From Candidatus Aminicenantales bacterium (GTDB lineage Bacteria; Acidobacteriota; Aminicenantia; Aminicenantales; UBA4085), in the NCBI GenBank assembly GCA_049697115.1, contig JBAVVD010000095.1:15797-79796 (forward strand): a DNA stretch of 64,000 nt, in the 5' to 3' direction. The notes below the pieces were generated by a model, which worked only from the letters and a program-made list of their open reading frames with translations, did not search any database and was not told where the DNA came from. Positions 1 to 10,222 of the stretch are shown one piece after another; positions within the stretch are counted from its first letter, which is position 1, and each line of letters begins with the position of its first letter. The translations under genes were made by a program, and so were the position numbers.

Positions 1-1
1 T

Positions 2-979
2 TACACAAAGCAAGCTAGGGCCTTGAATAACGCATTCCGGGGCCAGGTCCATTTCGCCCTCGAAAGGTTGTACTTCCAGGCCGGCGGAGGATTGATAAAC
101 GCCAAGGAACGCATTAGCACGGAATTGAACATCCCCGTCCGGCGCAAGCAGAACGACCTCGCGGGACAGGCTTTTTGGCAGATTTCCGAAGGGTCGGCAG
201 TCGCATTACAATACAGGTCATTCACCTTTGAATACGAGAACCCTACAGACGGAAGTATCAATCTTCGGGAGAACCTCAACAGAAAGTCAAGTTACATTAA
301 CTTCGCGGCCTACCTCCAGCTTGTCTCGGGGACGAGGTTTTACCTGGACGCAGAATACGGGTCATTTGTTTTTAGGGAACCCATATCGAGCTTCAAAGAC
401 TCCCGGAGCTACAGCATCTTCGGGGGGGTCGAATTCTTGCCGGCACAGGCGGACAAAGAACAAATAAGAGGTATCCAGGGGAGAATCAATCTGGGATACA
501 AGAGCTTTGATATCCTCGACCCCCAGCTAAAAGACTACAAAGGTCTGGTCGGTAATACGAGTATCGCCATAAATATTATTAAATTTACAACGCTCCGCGG
601 AGTATTTGCCCGGGATATCCAATTCTCCGTCTATTCAGACATCCCTTATTATATCCAAACAGTCTACGGGGCGGGTTTTTCTCGCGCCTTCACGAGCAGA
701 ATCAATTTAACCTATGACCTCTCCTTCAGCCGGAATGATTATGCGCAACTTGAAGACAACGGATCTAGGGGAGCAAGGCTGGATAAGTATATAACCCATG
801 TTTTTGGACTCGGCTTCAAGCTGAGGAAAGATCTCGAACTCAACTTGATGGCGAGCCTCAGCACGAGGAGCTCGAATCTTGTCGAGGAGGTCAATCACCG
901 CAACTTTATCGGTTTCAATCTGACATACGGCTATTCCCCTGGCGGCATTTCCATGCTTGCGAGCCCATTTTCTCGATAG
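2..979 (+). CDS. Outer-membrane beta-barrel protein (5'-partial), likely partner of the downstream short OPX/Wza exporter
   Basis: ORF open to the window edge (track start 23 is an internal TTG). The sequence shows amphipathic alternating-residue beta-strand character and a C-terminal aromatic residue near the end. Its stop overlaps the start region of the Wza-like gene. Confidence 0.4.
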   Translation, partial: YTKQARALNNAFRGQVHFALERLYFQAGGGLINAKERISTELNIPVRRKQNDLAGQAFWQISEGSAVALQYRSFTFEYENPTDGSINLRENLNRKSSYINFAAYLQLVSGTRFYLDAEYGSFVFREPISSFKDSRSYSIFGGVEFLPAQADKEQIRGIQGRINLGYKSFDILDPQLKDYKGLVGNTSIAINIIKFTTLRGVFARDIQFSVYSDIPYYIQTVYGAGFSRAFTSRINLTYDLSFSRNDYAQLEDNGSRGARLDKYITHVFGLGFKLRKDLELNLMASLSTRSSNLVEEVNHRNFIGFNLTYGYSPGGISMLASPFSR

Positions 980-1080
980 ACGTGATCCCTTTGGGCTTGA
1001 CTCAAAGTCCCGCCTGAGTTACGATAGAAAGGATTATTTTATAATGTTTATTAAAGCAAGAAGTCGAAGAGAAATTCTCA

Positions 1081-1964
1081 TGAGAAAACTACAGGAGAAG
1101 GCGAAAAAATCGAGATATACCATCCCAAGCACCATTCTTGTAATTTTGATAATCTTCCTTATTTCTTCAGTTTCACAGGGAGAAATCCTCGGCCTTCAGC
1201 AAGAAAGCACGCTTCCTGTCTCGGATTATAGAATCGGATCCAAGGACCTGCTGGAGATCAAGGTTTTCGAGCTGCCCGAACTCAATCAGACTGTCCGCGT
1301 CTCCGAAGACGGCTCGATCAGCCTTTCCTTGCTCGGCAAGGTGGATGTCGCGGGGCTGACTGCCCAGGAGCTGGAAAAGAAGCTGGCTTCGATCCTGGAT
1401 CAAAAATATACGAAGGCCGGCCATGTCACGGTTTTTATCAAGGAATATCAGAAAGTATCGATTATGGGTGCTATAGGGAGACCCGGCAACTACGAATTGG
1501 TCGGGCCTACGACTCTTCTTCAAGTCATTTTACAAGCCGGAGGATTGACGGCCCAGGCCATGAGCGAGCTCTATGTCTATAGACGGGAGAAAGACGGCCG
1601 GAAAACCAGAATCGCGGTCAACCTGGAAGATTTGATCAGCGGGAACCAAACCCTGAACATCGACCTTCAACCCAATGACGTGGTCAGCATTCCGATCGAT
1701 CAAATGCTCACCGTCTATGTGTATGGGGAGGTCAGGAATCCTGGCGCGATTCAATTCAAGCAGTCGAAAAAGATCACCTTGTTGCAGGCCATCGCCCAGG
1801 CAGGCGGGACGACGGAATGGGCATCGAAATCGCGCGTGATGATCAAACGAAAAGATAAAAAAACCGGGAAAGATATGAAGATTCGGGCGAACCTGAAATC
1901 TATAATCAGCGGAAAAACTTCCGACATCGTCCTCGAAGAAGGCGACATCGTGATTGTCCCTTAA
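1081..1964 (+). CDS. wza: Polysaccharide export protein, OPX/Wza family (Poly_export + SLBB domains), short form without a C-terminal membrane helix
   Basis: PGNYELVGPTTLLQVILQAGG and later QAIAQAGG-type SLBB motifs. An N-terminal signal-like stretch follows the ATG at about 1081 (track ORF begins at 957 TTG). The protein ends right after the second SLBB domain (…EEGDIVIVP). Confidence 0.8.
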
Positions 1965-4254
1965 GCTAACGGCTATTTTAAAAGAGACCATGATGGCTGA
2001 ACATAACATTGAAACCAAAAAAAGGCCTATAGCACAAGTCCAGCAGTATTGGCGCGATATTCTCAAATGGAAATGGACTGGCTTGATTTTCTTTTTCACG
2101 GTCGTCACGGGCGCGACTCTTTACAGCCTCTTGACAACGCCGATATACACGGCCAGCGGCAGCGTTTGGATCGAGGATGTGCCCAAGATCCTGCCCTTCG
2201 AAGAGATCCAGGCGCTCGATGCCGGCACTAACCTGCCGAGTCACGCACGATTGCTTCAGAGCCGGGCCCTGGCTGCCAAAATTATCGAAAAACTCAAGCT
2301 TTACGAGAATCCAGAATTCGTCGGGAAGGTAGCTAAAGGGAAAGGATCCATCGATGCTTCGGACCCGATATTCAGGGAGGGGCTTATTGAGAGCTTTTTG
2401 AGGAGTATCGCCGTCGCGCCGGTCGTGGGGACCCGATTGGTGGATGTTAAATTCAGCAATCGCAACCCGAGGCTTGCTGCCGAGATCTTGAACGCTCTTT
2501 TTGACGGATTCATCGATATGATCGTCAGGAAGAGGTACATGACGTCGGAACAAGCCACGGAATTCTTGAACACCCAGGTCGCGACACTCCGGACCGAGAT
2601 CGAAGAGCTCGAGAAAAAGTTCAACGAATATGGGTCGGAGAAGGATATTCTCCCACTCACCGCCGCGGAAGCCCCGGCCGTCACCAGGCTGTCGGAAGTC
2701 AATAGAGCCCTGACGAACGCGACGATCGACCGAATCAACAAACTTAATTATTATAACCAACTCAAGTCGGCCCCTCTGGGAGAAATTCCTGATGCCCCGG
2801 CGGGCACCCTCATCCAGAGACTACGCGAGCAATTTGCGACGCTCAGCCGAGAGTATGCCAGAAGGCTGGCCACCATAAGGCCGGAGTACCCGGAGATGCA
2901 GCGTCTTAAATCCGAGCTCGACGCGGCTAGCGATGCTCTCCAGAAAGAAACCCAAAACTTTGTCGGTACCGCTTATGCCGATTATCAGGCCGCACTCAGG
3001 AAGGAATGGTCCCTCCAGAATCTGCTCGAAGATTTAAAGAACGAAGCGTACAAGGCCAACAGCAATTCCATCCTCTACAACAGCCTGCGGATTGAGCTCG
3101 CAAACAAAAAAATTCTTCTCGAGGCTCTTTTTAAGAGACAGAGCGAAGCCAATGTGTCCTCACGGCTCAAGGGTTTAGAGGCCGTAAATGTCTGGATCGT
3201 GGACAAAGCACGTTATCCCCTGAGGCCTTCATTCCCGAATAAGCGAAAGATCGTCCTCATCGGCCTTCTGATCGGCCTAATAGGGGGAGTGGGTTTGGCC
3301 CTTGGCCTCGAATATTTGAATCAAACGGTCAAGACATCGAAAGACGTGGCGATCTCCACGGGATTCCCCATCCTAGGGGTCATCCCCTCTTTCGACGCAG
3401 AGACGAAATCGAAAGGCCCCAGGTCCGAGTTCACGAGGCTCGTCAACATTATCAGAGGTGGCGGCGGGGCGAAGGAGAGGGAGAATAAATCCGCGCTACG
3501 GAAAGCAGACACCAGCATTCTGAGAGCGTCCCCTCACCGCCCGGACATCGCCGACGAAGAGCGCCGAAGAAACACGATCGAGCTCATCGCCTCGTGCAAG
3601 CCCCAATCGATACACTCGGAAAGCTACCGCTCGATCCGAACCACTCTACTTATCTCCTACCCCCCGGGGAAAATCAAGTCCATCCTCTTCACGAGCCCGC
3701 TGGCCCGGGAAGGGAAATCCTCAACGGTCTCTAATTTGGGTATCACTCTGGCCGAGGCCAACATGCGTGTCGTGATCGTGGATTCCGACCTTCGGAAACC
3801 GAAACAGAGCCAAATTTTCGGCTCAGATAACGGTCCGGGCTTGACACGGTTCCTGAGTTCTTATGTCGACCCGACGGACCTCGCGAAGCCCACCCAGATC
3901 CCGAACCTCTGCCTTATTAACAGCGGGCCTCTCCCCGCCAACCCCCTCGAACTTCTCACGTCGGAGAAGATGAGTGAACTCGTCGCATTCCTGAAACGGA
4001 ATTTCGAATATATCCTCTTCGATACCCCTCCAATCCTGGCGGTTTCCGACGCCTTGGCCCTGGCCCCCATGGCCGACGGGATTATCCTCATCGCCCGTGG
4101 AGGGCACACGCCGATGCAAGCCATGAAGCAGACCAAGCAGAAGCTCGACGCCCACAAGCTCAAGTGCCTCGGCGTTATTCTTAACGGCGTCAACCTGATC
4201 GAGCAGGACGGCTATTACGCCCGGCAATACTATCACTATTCCAAATCGGACTGA
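1954..4254 (+). CDS. wzc: Polysaccharide co-polymerase / bacterial tyrosine kinase (Wzc/PCP-2a family)
   Basis: N-terminal Wzz-like region with a TM segment, long coiled coil and second TM (IGLLIGLIGGVGLALGL). C-terminal P-loop kinase domain: Walker A SPLAREGKSST, Walker B-like DTPPIL. C-terminal tyrosine cluster YYARQYYHY. Overlaps wza by 11 nt. Confidence 0.85.
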   Translation: MSLKLTAILKETMMAEHNIETKKRPIAQVQQYWRDILKWKWTGLIFFFTVVTGATLYSLLTTPIYTASGSVWIEDVPKILPFEEIQALDAGTNLPSHARLLQSRALAAKIIEKLKLYENPEFVGKVAKGKGSIDASDPIFREGLIESFLRSIAVAPVVGTRLVDVKFSNRNPRLAAEILNALFDGFIDMIVRKRYMTSEQATEFLNTQVATLRTEIEELEKKFNEYGSEKDILPLTAAEAPAVTRLSEVNRALTNATIDRINKLNYYNQLKSAPLGEIPDAPAGTLIQRLREQFATLSREYARRLATIRPEYPEMQRLKSELDAASDALQKETQNFVGTAYADYQAALRKEWSLQNLLEDLKNEAYKANSNSILYNSLRIELANKKILLEALFKRQSEANVSSRLKGLEAVNVWIVDKARYPLRPSFPNKRKIVLIGLLIGLIGGVGLALGLEYLNQTVKTSKDVAISTGFPILGVIPSFDAETKSKGPRSEFTRLVNIIRGGGGAKERENKSALRKADTSILRASPHRPDIADEERRRNTIELIASCKPQSIHSESYRSIRTTLLISYPPGKIKSILFTSPLAREGKSSTVSNLGITLAEANMRVVIVDSDLRKPKQSQIFGSDNGPGLTRFLSSYVDPTDLAKPTQIPNLCLINSGPLPANPLELLTSEKMSELVAFLKRNFEYILFDTPPILAVSDALALAPMADGIILIARGGHTPMQAMKQTKQKLDAHKLKCLGVILNGVNLIEQDGYYARQYYHYSKSD

Positions 4255-4296
4255 ATCCCTTTTTAGCACACCGGGGCAGGAGGGATTCCCTTTTCA
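4254..4296 (+). terminator. Possible intrinsic terminator after wzc (7-bp stem aatccct/agggatt, about 20-nt loop, then cccttttc)
   Basis: Inverted repeat directly after the TGA stop followed by a T-rich tract. The loop is long, so this is weak. Confidence 0.25.
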
Positions 4297-4574
4297 GGGC
4301 TAGAGGCTGTGTTTGATCCCTCCCCCCGGGCTCTTTTTCCGCCTAACGCCCCCTCAAGGCTCGGTAAGCCCGCCCAAGCGCCATGTGGCTGGTCTTCGGG
4401 CTCGAGGCGGGCGCCTGCGCGATCCGGATCCGGGCGAAGGTTTTCGACCTGACGCTCCTGGACGATCGGATCGACCGGGAGAACAAGGATATCTCCTTCG
4501 TCTCATCATATCCGGTTCAACGTAATCGGATGGAAGGAATCCGTTTGATAAATGTGCGTCAACGGACTAACCGA

Positions 4575-6092
4575 TTACAGCCTTGCTTCGGTGCGATGTC
4601 TGACGTAGTTCACTCTATATTTCATTTCTTTTAACAGCGAGTAAATCCCTATTTCTTTCAAACACTTGGCGACTTTATCCTGCAACTTGTATGGAGGATT
4701 GATCGGCCACCTCGTCAATTCTGGCCACATTTTGCGGATCATCTCTCTAAAAATCACGGGTTTATAGTAATTGGTATACCTATCATCAACACCTAAAAAG
4801 ATCTCGTAAAGCTTATGGCTGTCATATGGGTCAATCTCTTCAATCGCGATATCGGATTCCGAATTTCCAGTTGCCCCCCAATTTCCAAGCCAATGTTCCC
4901 AGTACAGAAGTGTTAACACATTTAAACCGTACTCTCTGCCCACGGGCAGCAACTCAGCCACTATACTTTCGCCTTGCGTTATCGCGTAGCGGCCTTCTTT
5001 ATATCCCATTTTATAGGCAATTCTGTAACTGTTCAAGTTCTTCGGCTCTTTCCCAAACCGTATGCGACCTATTTCTCCAATGCCCAGAATGTTGACTTTC
5101 TCTGAATGGTCTTTGAAATAAATGTTGTAAATTGTAGGCAGGATTCGTTCCGATGCAAAAAATGTGTTGCTTAAAAAGATTTGCCGGAATTCATCATCAA
5201 CATCGTTCGGTACATCGTGAATATGAAATGGAACCCTGATACTCTCAAAAATCTTTTTTGGAACTGAAATGTCAGGATGACTAGGACCTAAGCCCTGGCT
5301 ATTAATAAAATAATATATTTTATCCTGGATGTCTCTAGTCGCCGCAAGCAGAGTTCTGCTATCCGTTCCTGCGGTCACGGCCATCATGACCGAGTGCCGA
5401 TTCGCCACTGCTCTGATACTTCCCTGCAGAAACGAACAGCTCTTGGACACTGCCTCTTCTAAATCTAACTGTTTTATGGGTTCATTCGGCCAATAACGCC
5501 GAGCTTCACATCTGTTTATATCGAGATAGTGATTGGGCAGGAGGTGTTTGATACCCTCGTAGTATGTTTCATCACCGATCCATTTACAATAGGGGTTCCA
5601 TTTTGAATTCTTCGAATGCGTTGTGTAGTATTCTAAAAAGTCGGGATCGCTTCTCGGTAGTATTTTAGGTTTTGCGAATTTGATCAGCAGATTGGGCTGG
5701 GATCCGCATATGATCTGGTTTTCTTTTGAACAATAGTATATTTCCCTCAAAGCAAGAGCATCATGCAGGATAACAGTTTTCTTATCATCTTTGTATAACA
5801 GCGCATAACTCCCTGCATATCGCTTGATCCATGAAAATAAACCTTCCATGTTGCATGTGCTGACAAATATGTCTTTTAAAATATCGGTGTTTCCCTTTTC
5901 AGGTTCAGCTGGACTAAAAATACTTCCAATTAGCACAATGTTCTTCCTTAAATCCGTAACTCGATTGACCTCAAGATCAGGATGAGCATGAAGATAGTAT
6001 CGGCCTATCTGTAAACACTTCCAGTCGACAAGCGATGTGATAGGAGCCCTACAAAAAAGAAATTGTCGCCGGAACTGAAGCTTTTCGTACAT
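4575..6092 (-). CDS. Asparagine-synthetase-like PP-loop protein (possible sugar amidotransferase), function uncertain
   Basis: 505 aa with an internal VMMAVTAGTDSR motif resembling the SGGxDS PP-loop. No N-terminal Cys nucleophile. Sits inside the polysaccharide locus in the lower-GC block. Confidence 0.3.
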   Translation of the reverse strand: MYEKLQFRRQFLFCRAPITSLVDWKCLQIGRYYLHAHPDLEVNRVTDLRKNIVLIGSIFSPAEPEKGNTDILKDIFVSTCNMEGLFSWIKRYAGSYALLYKDDKKTVILHDALALREIYYCSKENQIICGSQPNLLIKFAKPKILPRSDPDFLEYYTTHSKNSKWNPYCKWIGDETYYEGIKHLLPNHYLDINRCEARRYWPNEPIKQLDLEEAVSKSCSFLQGSIRAVANRHSVMMAVTAGTDSRTLLAATRDIQDKIYYFINSQGLGPSHPDISVPKKIFESIRVPFHIHDVPNDVDDEFRQIFLSNTFFASERILPTIYNIYFKDHSEKVNILGIGEIGRIRFGKEPKNLNSYRIAYKMGYKEGRYAITQGESIVAELLPVGREYGLNVLTLLYWEHWLGNWGATGNSESDIAIEEIDPYDSHKLYEIFLGVDDRYTNYYKPVIFREMIRKMWPELTRWPINPPYKLQDKVAKCLKEIGIYSLLKEMKYRVNYVRHRTEARL

Positions 6093-6137
6093 CTATTGTC
6101 CTTCCATAAGCCAGAGTAAAATATCATGTTTTCATTG

Positions 6138-6980
6138 TCATTGAAGAACCTTGAGGGCCCGATTCTTTATGAAACGAACAACGTCATAATTTCCATAAAC
6201 TCTCGCTCTAAACACTCGCCCAGGCATTGAGGCTCCGGTAAGCTCCCTATGTAACAGGTATGGGCTCGACCTGACACTGTTGAAGCCAGGTACCGTAGTC
6301 ACCGCTCCCTTGTATCCCAAGTCTTTCAGCACTTCTGCCAGATTTATCTCAGGATTGTAATACACCCCAGATGGGTACGCAAAGTATTTAATCTTTACGC
6401 CGGTTACTTTCTCCAATCTCATCTTGTCCTCGGCAATTTCGTATCTTGCTTGAGCGCTATCCCGAAGCTTTCCCAGATTGCAGTGATTCAAGGTGTGCCC
6501 ACCAATGGTAAAACCTTCCTCAACAATCCTTCTCACATCTTCAAAGTTAAAACCTCTCGTTATTCTCCCGGGACCCAGTGTTAAGAACAGTTTCGACCGT
6601 AGAAAATCGGCCTCATCATCCTTTGAGATACCGACAAAACCGGACGTCACGAAAAATGTCGCTGGCAATCCAAGCTCCTTCAGGACTGGTACTGCGTGGG
6701 TGAGCCAACTTTTGTACCCGTCATCGAAAGTAATGACTACATTGATTTTCTTTGATGATAATCTGCCTGCGAAAAAATCTTCGAGGCTTACAACATTCGT
6801 GCTTCGTTTCAGAAAGTAAATATTAGCCTTGAAATTACTGAAGGTCTCGGGCAGTATGTCATGGAAAGTCACGAACCTTGTTACTGGTTGACGCTGAAGG
6901 CGGAGGACTAAATTTCTGATTCTGGAATATCCCAGGTAGTAAAGTAATAAAACACAGAGATCCTGACTACGTATCATCAT
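6138..6980 (-). CDS. Polysaccharide deacetylase (NodB-homology domain)
   Basis: VVITFDDGYKSW…HTLNH motifs typical of carbohydrate esterase family 4. Confidence 0.8.
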   Translation of the reverse strand: MMIRSQDLCVLLLYYLGYSRIRNLVLRLQRQPVTRFVTFHDILPETFSNFKANIYFLKRSTNVVSLEDFFAGRLSSKKINVVITFDDGYKSWLTHAVPVLKELGLPATFFVTSGFVGISKDDEADFLRSKLFLTLGPGRITRGFNFEDVRRIVEEGFTIGGHTLNHCNLGKLRDSAQARYEIAEDKMRLEKVTGVKIKYFAYPSGVYYNPEINLAEVLKDLGYKGAVTTVPGFNSVRSSPYLLHRELTGASMPGRVFRARVYGNYDVVRFIKNRALKVLQ

Positions 6981-7094
6981 GTTTCTACACTTCGAGTAAA
7001 AATCACGGGTGTTAGTAACTCCAGTATGTTTCTAAAACATGCCATGTTGCGAGAAGTCTTACTTATCCTGAATTTCCCTCGTTTTAGGGGCATA

Positions 7095-7225
7095 AGAATT
7101 TCTTTTTAGCCTTCACGCTGGAACGCCCTTCGTTAAGCTCGGAATCGATACCTCCCACCACGAAATGATGATATTCCCGGCCGCGGGTCGCTGTCAAGAA
7201 CAAGGAAATGGCCTGAACAGGCGCC
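7095..7225. repeat. Copy A (truncated, about 130 bp) of an intergenic repeat family shared with copies B and C
   Basis: ttt(c/t)ttttagccttc…cgttaagctcggaatcgatacctccca…atgatgatatt…gtcaag…ggaaatggcc aligns with 11519-11640 and 17836-17960 at roughly 80-85% identity by eye. Confidence 0.7.
7168..7197 (-). promoter_or_regulatory. Sigma-70-like promoter module inside repeat copy A: TTGACA(-35) N18 TATCAT(-10), facing the deacetylase gene
   Basis: Minus-strand TTGACA at 7197-7192 and TATCAT at 7173-7168 with an 18-nt spacer. The identical arrangement is kept in copies B and C. Confidence 0.4.
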
Positions 7226-7539
7226 GATTTGCTGACCGTCGAACGGTTTCATTTACTTTTTCCATAGCGGTTGAGCCAGTTGAAGGAGCACAAGGCCGGC
7301 GGGGGCAGATGATCTTGGCGGAATCGCGGCGAGATGACGATTTGAGATTGAAGGATGGGCCAGAGAAGCAATCCGACGGAGAGATAGGATAGACGCGGCC
7401 CCTTGGTTTTCGAAGGCGGCCGGATCGATGGATGCCCGTCGGCGACGGCATGGCCGACGGCGGTGAGTAGAAGACGGCGAGACCGATCTGGAGGACGCCT
7501 GCTGGAAAGTGCTTCACTTCAGCCTCCACTCCCATCGCG

Positions 7540-8556
7540 TTACAGCCATTTATCATGTTTTTTTCTAAATAGGCCAGGGAATAAAACAGCTGCGCGACAA
7601 ACATAATGAAACGCCAAACTTTTTGCTCCATAATACCAAAGCCATTCTTTCCAGGTGAATGTCTTTTTCCTACTTCGCACTTCATCAGCCAATTCTCTGT
7701 TTCTTGTATGAAAAGCAAGCCGTAATGAACAATCGTTCCAAAAATCTTCTTGCTTGTCTTTAATATGTTGCGGAAGATTGTATTTATTACAGAGGTAAAG
7801 AATAAGTTCTGCGTCGGAAAGTGTGTGTCGCAATACCTTTTTAATATCCTTGCTTCTGGTAGCTGATTCGTCCGTGATGTTATGAGTGGCCATAGACTCA
7901 GGAATATAGTGCAGTTGGGCTTTTGTTGCCATCTCCGCCCAGAGTTGTGTATCACCCATTAGAAAATGGTCACTTTGGTGAAGGTGGGGATCCGATTCAA
8001 TAATCTGCTCACAGAGAGCATGTCGAACCATAACAGCACAAGTTATAATACCACGCGAAAAGTCACCTTTGTTTTCACAAAAGTCAAATATATCCGGGTT
8101 TTTAGGCATCTCCAACTTTCGGTGTTTGATAAAGTCTTTTATCAGTTTCCCGGATTCGACATGATAAACATCGTAACTGGAATACACCAACCCGCATTCC
8201 GGATGGCTTTCCATATAATCCACCTGTTTTTGTAGTTTATCCGGATGAGGCCAGTAATCATCCCCTTCGCAAAAGGCACTGTACTTCCGCTTGTAAGCTT
8301 TCATAGTGCGATAAGTATTTTTCTTCATCCCGACATTTTTATCTGATGTGATCACTCGAATGATATCCGGGTACTTTTTTTGATATTGAAAAACAATCTC
8401 TCGTGTTCCGTCGGTGGAACAGTCCTCACCAATTACCAGCTCAAAAAGAAAGTTCGTTTTCTGCTGTAAAACCCCTTCGATCGCCTGGGCGATAAAAGGG
8501 GCATGATTGTAAGTAATCATCTTGACGCTGACCAAGGGCTCTGTCATATCAAGCAA
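7540..8556 (-). CDS. Glycosyltransferase family 2
   Basis: N-terminal VSVKMITYNHAPFIAQAIEGVLQQ…IGEDCSTDGT and a CEGDDYW (DXD-like) motif. Confidence 0.85.
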   Translation of the reverse strand: MLDMTEPLVSVKMITYNHAPFIAQAIEGVLQQKTNFLFELVIGEDCSTDGTREIVFQYQKKYPDIIRVITSDKNVGMKKNTYRTMKAYKRKYSAFCEGDDYWPHPDKLQKQVDYMESHPECGLVYSSYDVYHVESGKLIKDFIKHRKLEMPKNPDIFDFCENKGDFSRGIITCAVMVRHALCEQIIESDPHLHQSDHFLMGDTQLWAEMATKAQLHYIPESMATHNITDESATRSKDIKKVLRHTLSDAELILYLCNKYNLPQHIKDKQEDFWNDCSLRLAFHTRNRELADEVRSRKKTFTWKEWLWYYGAKSLAFHYVCRAAVLFPGLFRKKHDKWL

Positions 8557-8590
8557 CTCCTATAAGGATCAAACTTAATTATTTATTTTA

Positions 8591-10057
8591 TTATCTGGCG
8601 GTGCCATCTCTCGAAAAAGGTATTCTCTTCCATACCACTTGCCACAGCTCCATAAATGCCGTTAGCCGAAACAGCCTGCATATGCAAACATATAGAACAA
8701 TTCCAATGGGAATTTGTACTACAAGCATGATCCAATGGTTGGGAAATGGCAGCAGTCCGGCCGCATATATTGCGATGCCCATCAGCACGGCCATGATCAG
8801 ATAGGAGAACACGTCACGCATCTGCTCCCATATCGAATATCCGATCAGAACACCCGCATAATAACTATTCAGATAGTAAGCGATGAGGGACATCGCAATC
8901 ATACCATAAATCATCGCGGATATGCCCCATCGCCATGTGACGGCAATGTTGATGACAATCAAAGCCTTCTTGATAATCTCAAGGCGTAAAAATAAATCTG
9001 AACGTCCCAAAGCCATCAGTAAATTTAAATTTATCACGTGTAAAGAATACAGCACGCCGGCAACACAAAATAGCTGCAAATAGGGAATACAAGGAGCCCA
9101 CTTTTCCGTCAACATCACCAGCACCAATGGACGGGCGACTACTGCAAGGCCGATCATCATTGGGAAATTCACGAGGACCAGCACAGTCAACGCCTTTTTC
9201 AATCCCTTTTTCAATCGAGCCGGATCATCCTGGATGCTGGAGAAAACAGGAAAAGTGACCCGGCCGACTATCCCAGCTAATGTATTCTGGGGAATCTCCT
9301 GGAAGGTCTTGGCGCGTGTAAAAAAACCCAGATCAGTCGCCGAGAACAGCTTGCCGATGACCAATAAATAGATATTGTCAAATAGTCGGTTAAGCAAATC
9401 TGAAAACAAGAGGCGCGAGCCAAAACCAAACATTTTCCGTAGGGCGCTAAAGCTGAAGATCATTGCCGGCCGCCAGGAACTGAAAAACCAGAGACAAATA
9501 GTCCGGAAAAGCGCTCGGGATACTTGCTGGACAACCAGGCTCCATACGCCAAAACCAACGGTGGCCAGGGCAACCCCGAGTAAGCCGGACAGTGTGCTGG
9601 CTATCAGGCTTACCTTGGTCAGGATCTTGAAGTTGAGTTGCTTTGTGAAAATGACGCCTTGGATCAAACCAAAGGAATTGATCACGATCTCCAGCGACAG
9701 AGCCCGCGTCAGGGGAGTCAGGATTGGCTGTTTATAGAAAGCAGCAATCCAGGGAGCAACCAGGCACAATAGGCCCGCAGCCGCCAGCCCTACCACGATG
9801 TTGAAATAAAAAATCGAACAGGTGTCGAGTTGTGTGACGTCGCGTTTCTGAATCAGGGCGGCCCCGAACCCACTATCGAGGAATGACTGCGCCAAAGCCA
9901 TGAAGATCATCAGCATCCCGATCAGACCGAACTGCTCCGGAAATAACAGCCGCGCCAGGACGATTCCGATGATAAACCGCACTCCTTGGAGCCCTACAGA
10001 CTCAAGAAAACTCCAGGAAAGAGCATGAAGGGTTTTGGATCTTAGAGAATCGGCCAC
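8591..10057 (-). CDS. wzx: Polysaccharide flippase (Wzx-like, MOP superfamily polysaccharide biosynthesis protein)
   Basis: 488 aa, highly hydrophobic with about 12-14 predicted TM helices. Conserved N-terminal LSWSFLESVGLQGVRFIIGIVLARLL pattern of the O-antigen/EPS flippase family. Confidence 0.75.
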   Translation of the reverse strand: MADSLRSKTLHALSWSFLESVGLQGVRFIIGIVLARLLFPEQFGLIGMLMIFMALAQSFLDSGFGAALIQKRDVTQLDTCSIFYFNIVVGLAAAGLLCLVAPWIAAFYKQPILTPLTRALSLEIVINSFGLIQGVIFTKQLNFKILTKVSLIASTLSGLLGVALATVGFGVWSLVVQQVSRALFRTICLWFFSSWRPAMIFSFSALRKMFGFGSRLLFSDLLNRLFDNIYLLVIGKLFSATDLGFFTRAKTFQEIPQNTLAGIVGRVTFPVFSSIQDDPARLKKGLKKALTVLVLVNFPMMIGLAVVARPLVLVMLTEKWAPCIPYLQLFCVAGVLYSLHVINLNLLMALGRSDLFLRLEIIKKALIVINIAVTWRWGISAMIYGMIAMSLIAYYLNSYYAGVLIGYSIWEQMRDVFSYLIMAVLMGIAIYAAGLLPFPNHWIMLVVQIPIGIVLYVCICRLFRLTAFMELWQVVWKRIPFSRDGTAR

Positions 10058-10222
10058 GATGTTTTATTCCTGTACATGCTAAATAATCCTAAGAATCGCA
10101 ACTTCCGCCTAACGCAAATCAAGCCCTTTCATTAATGAGCATTTCAACCATACTACAATCAACTGTTCCGCGTTTCTTGGGAAATATCGATTTAAAACCA
10201 ATTTACGAAACAAAGAATTATC

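Noticed and set aside
1978-2760. Long antisense or out-of-frame ORFs overlapping strong genes (e.g. 1978-2760 -, 7194-7955 -, 25489-26211 -, 31888-32880 -, 41176-42159 +, 44908-45528 +, 54361-55326 +)
   Set aside because: They are typical GC-rich shadow ORFs. Each overlaps a gene with clear family motifs on the other strand or frame, and none has a recognisable motif.
4575-6092. Calling the 505-aa protein a bona fide asparagine synthetase
   Set aside because: It lacks the N-terminal Cys nucleophile and its PP-loop is degenerate (TAGTDS). Only a generic PP-loop/AsnB-like assignment is justified.
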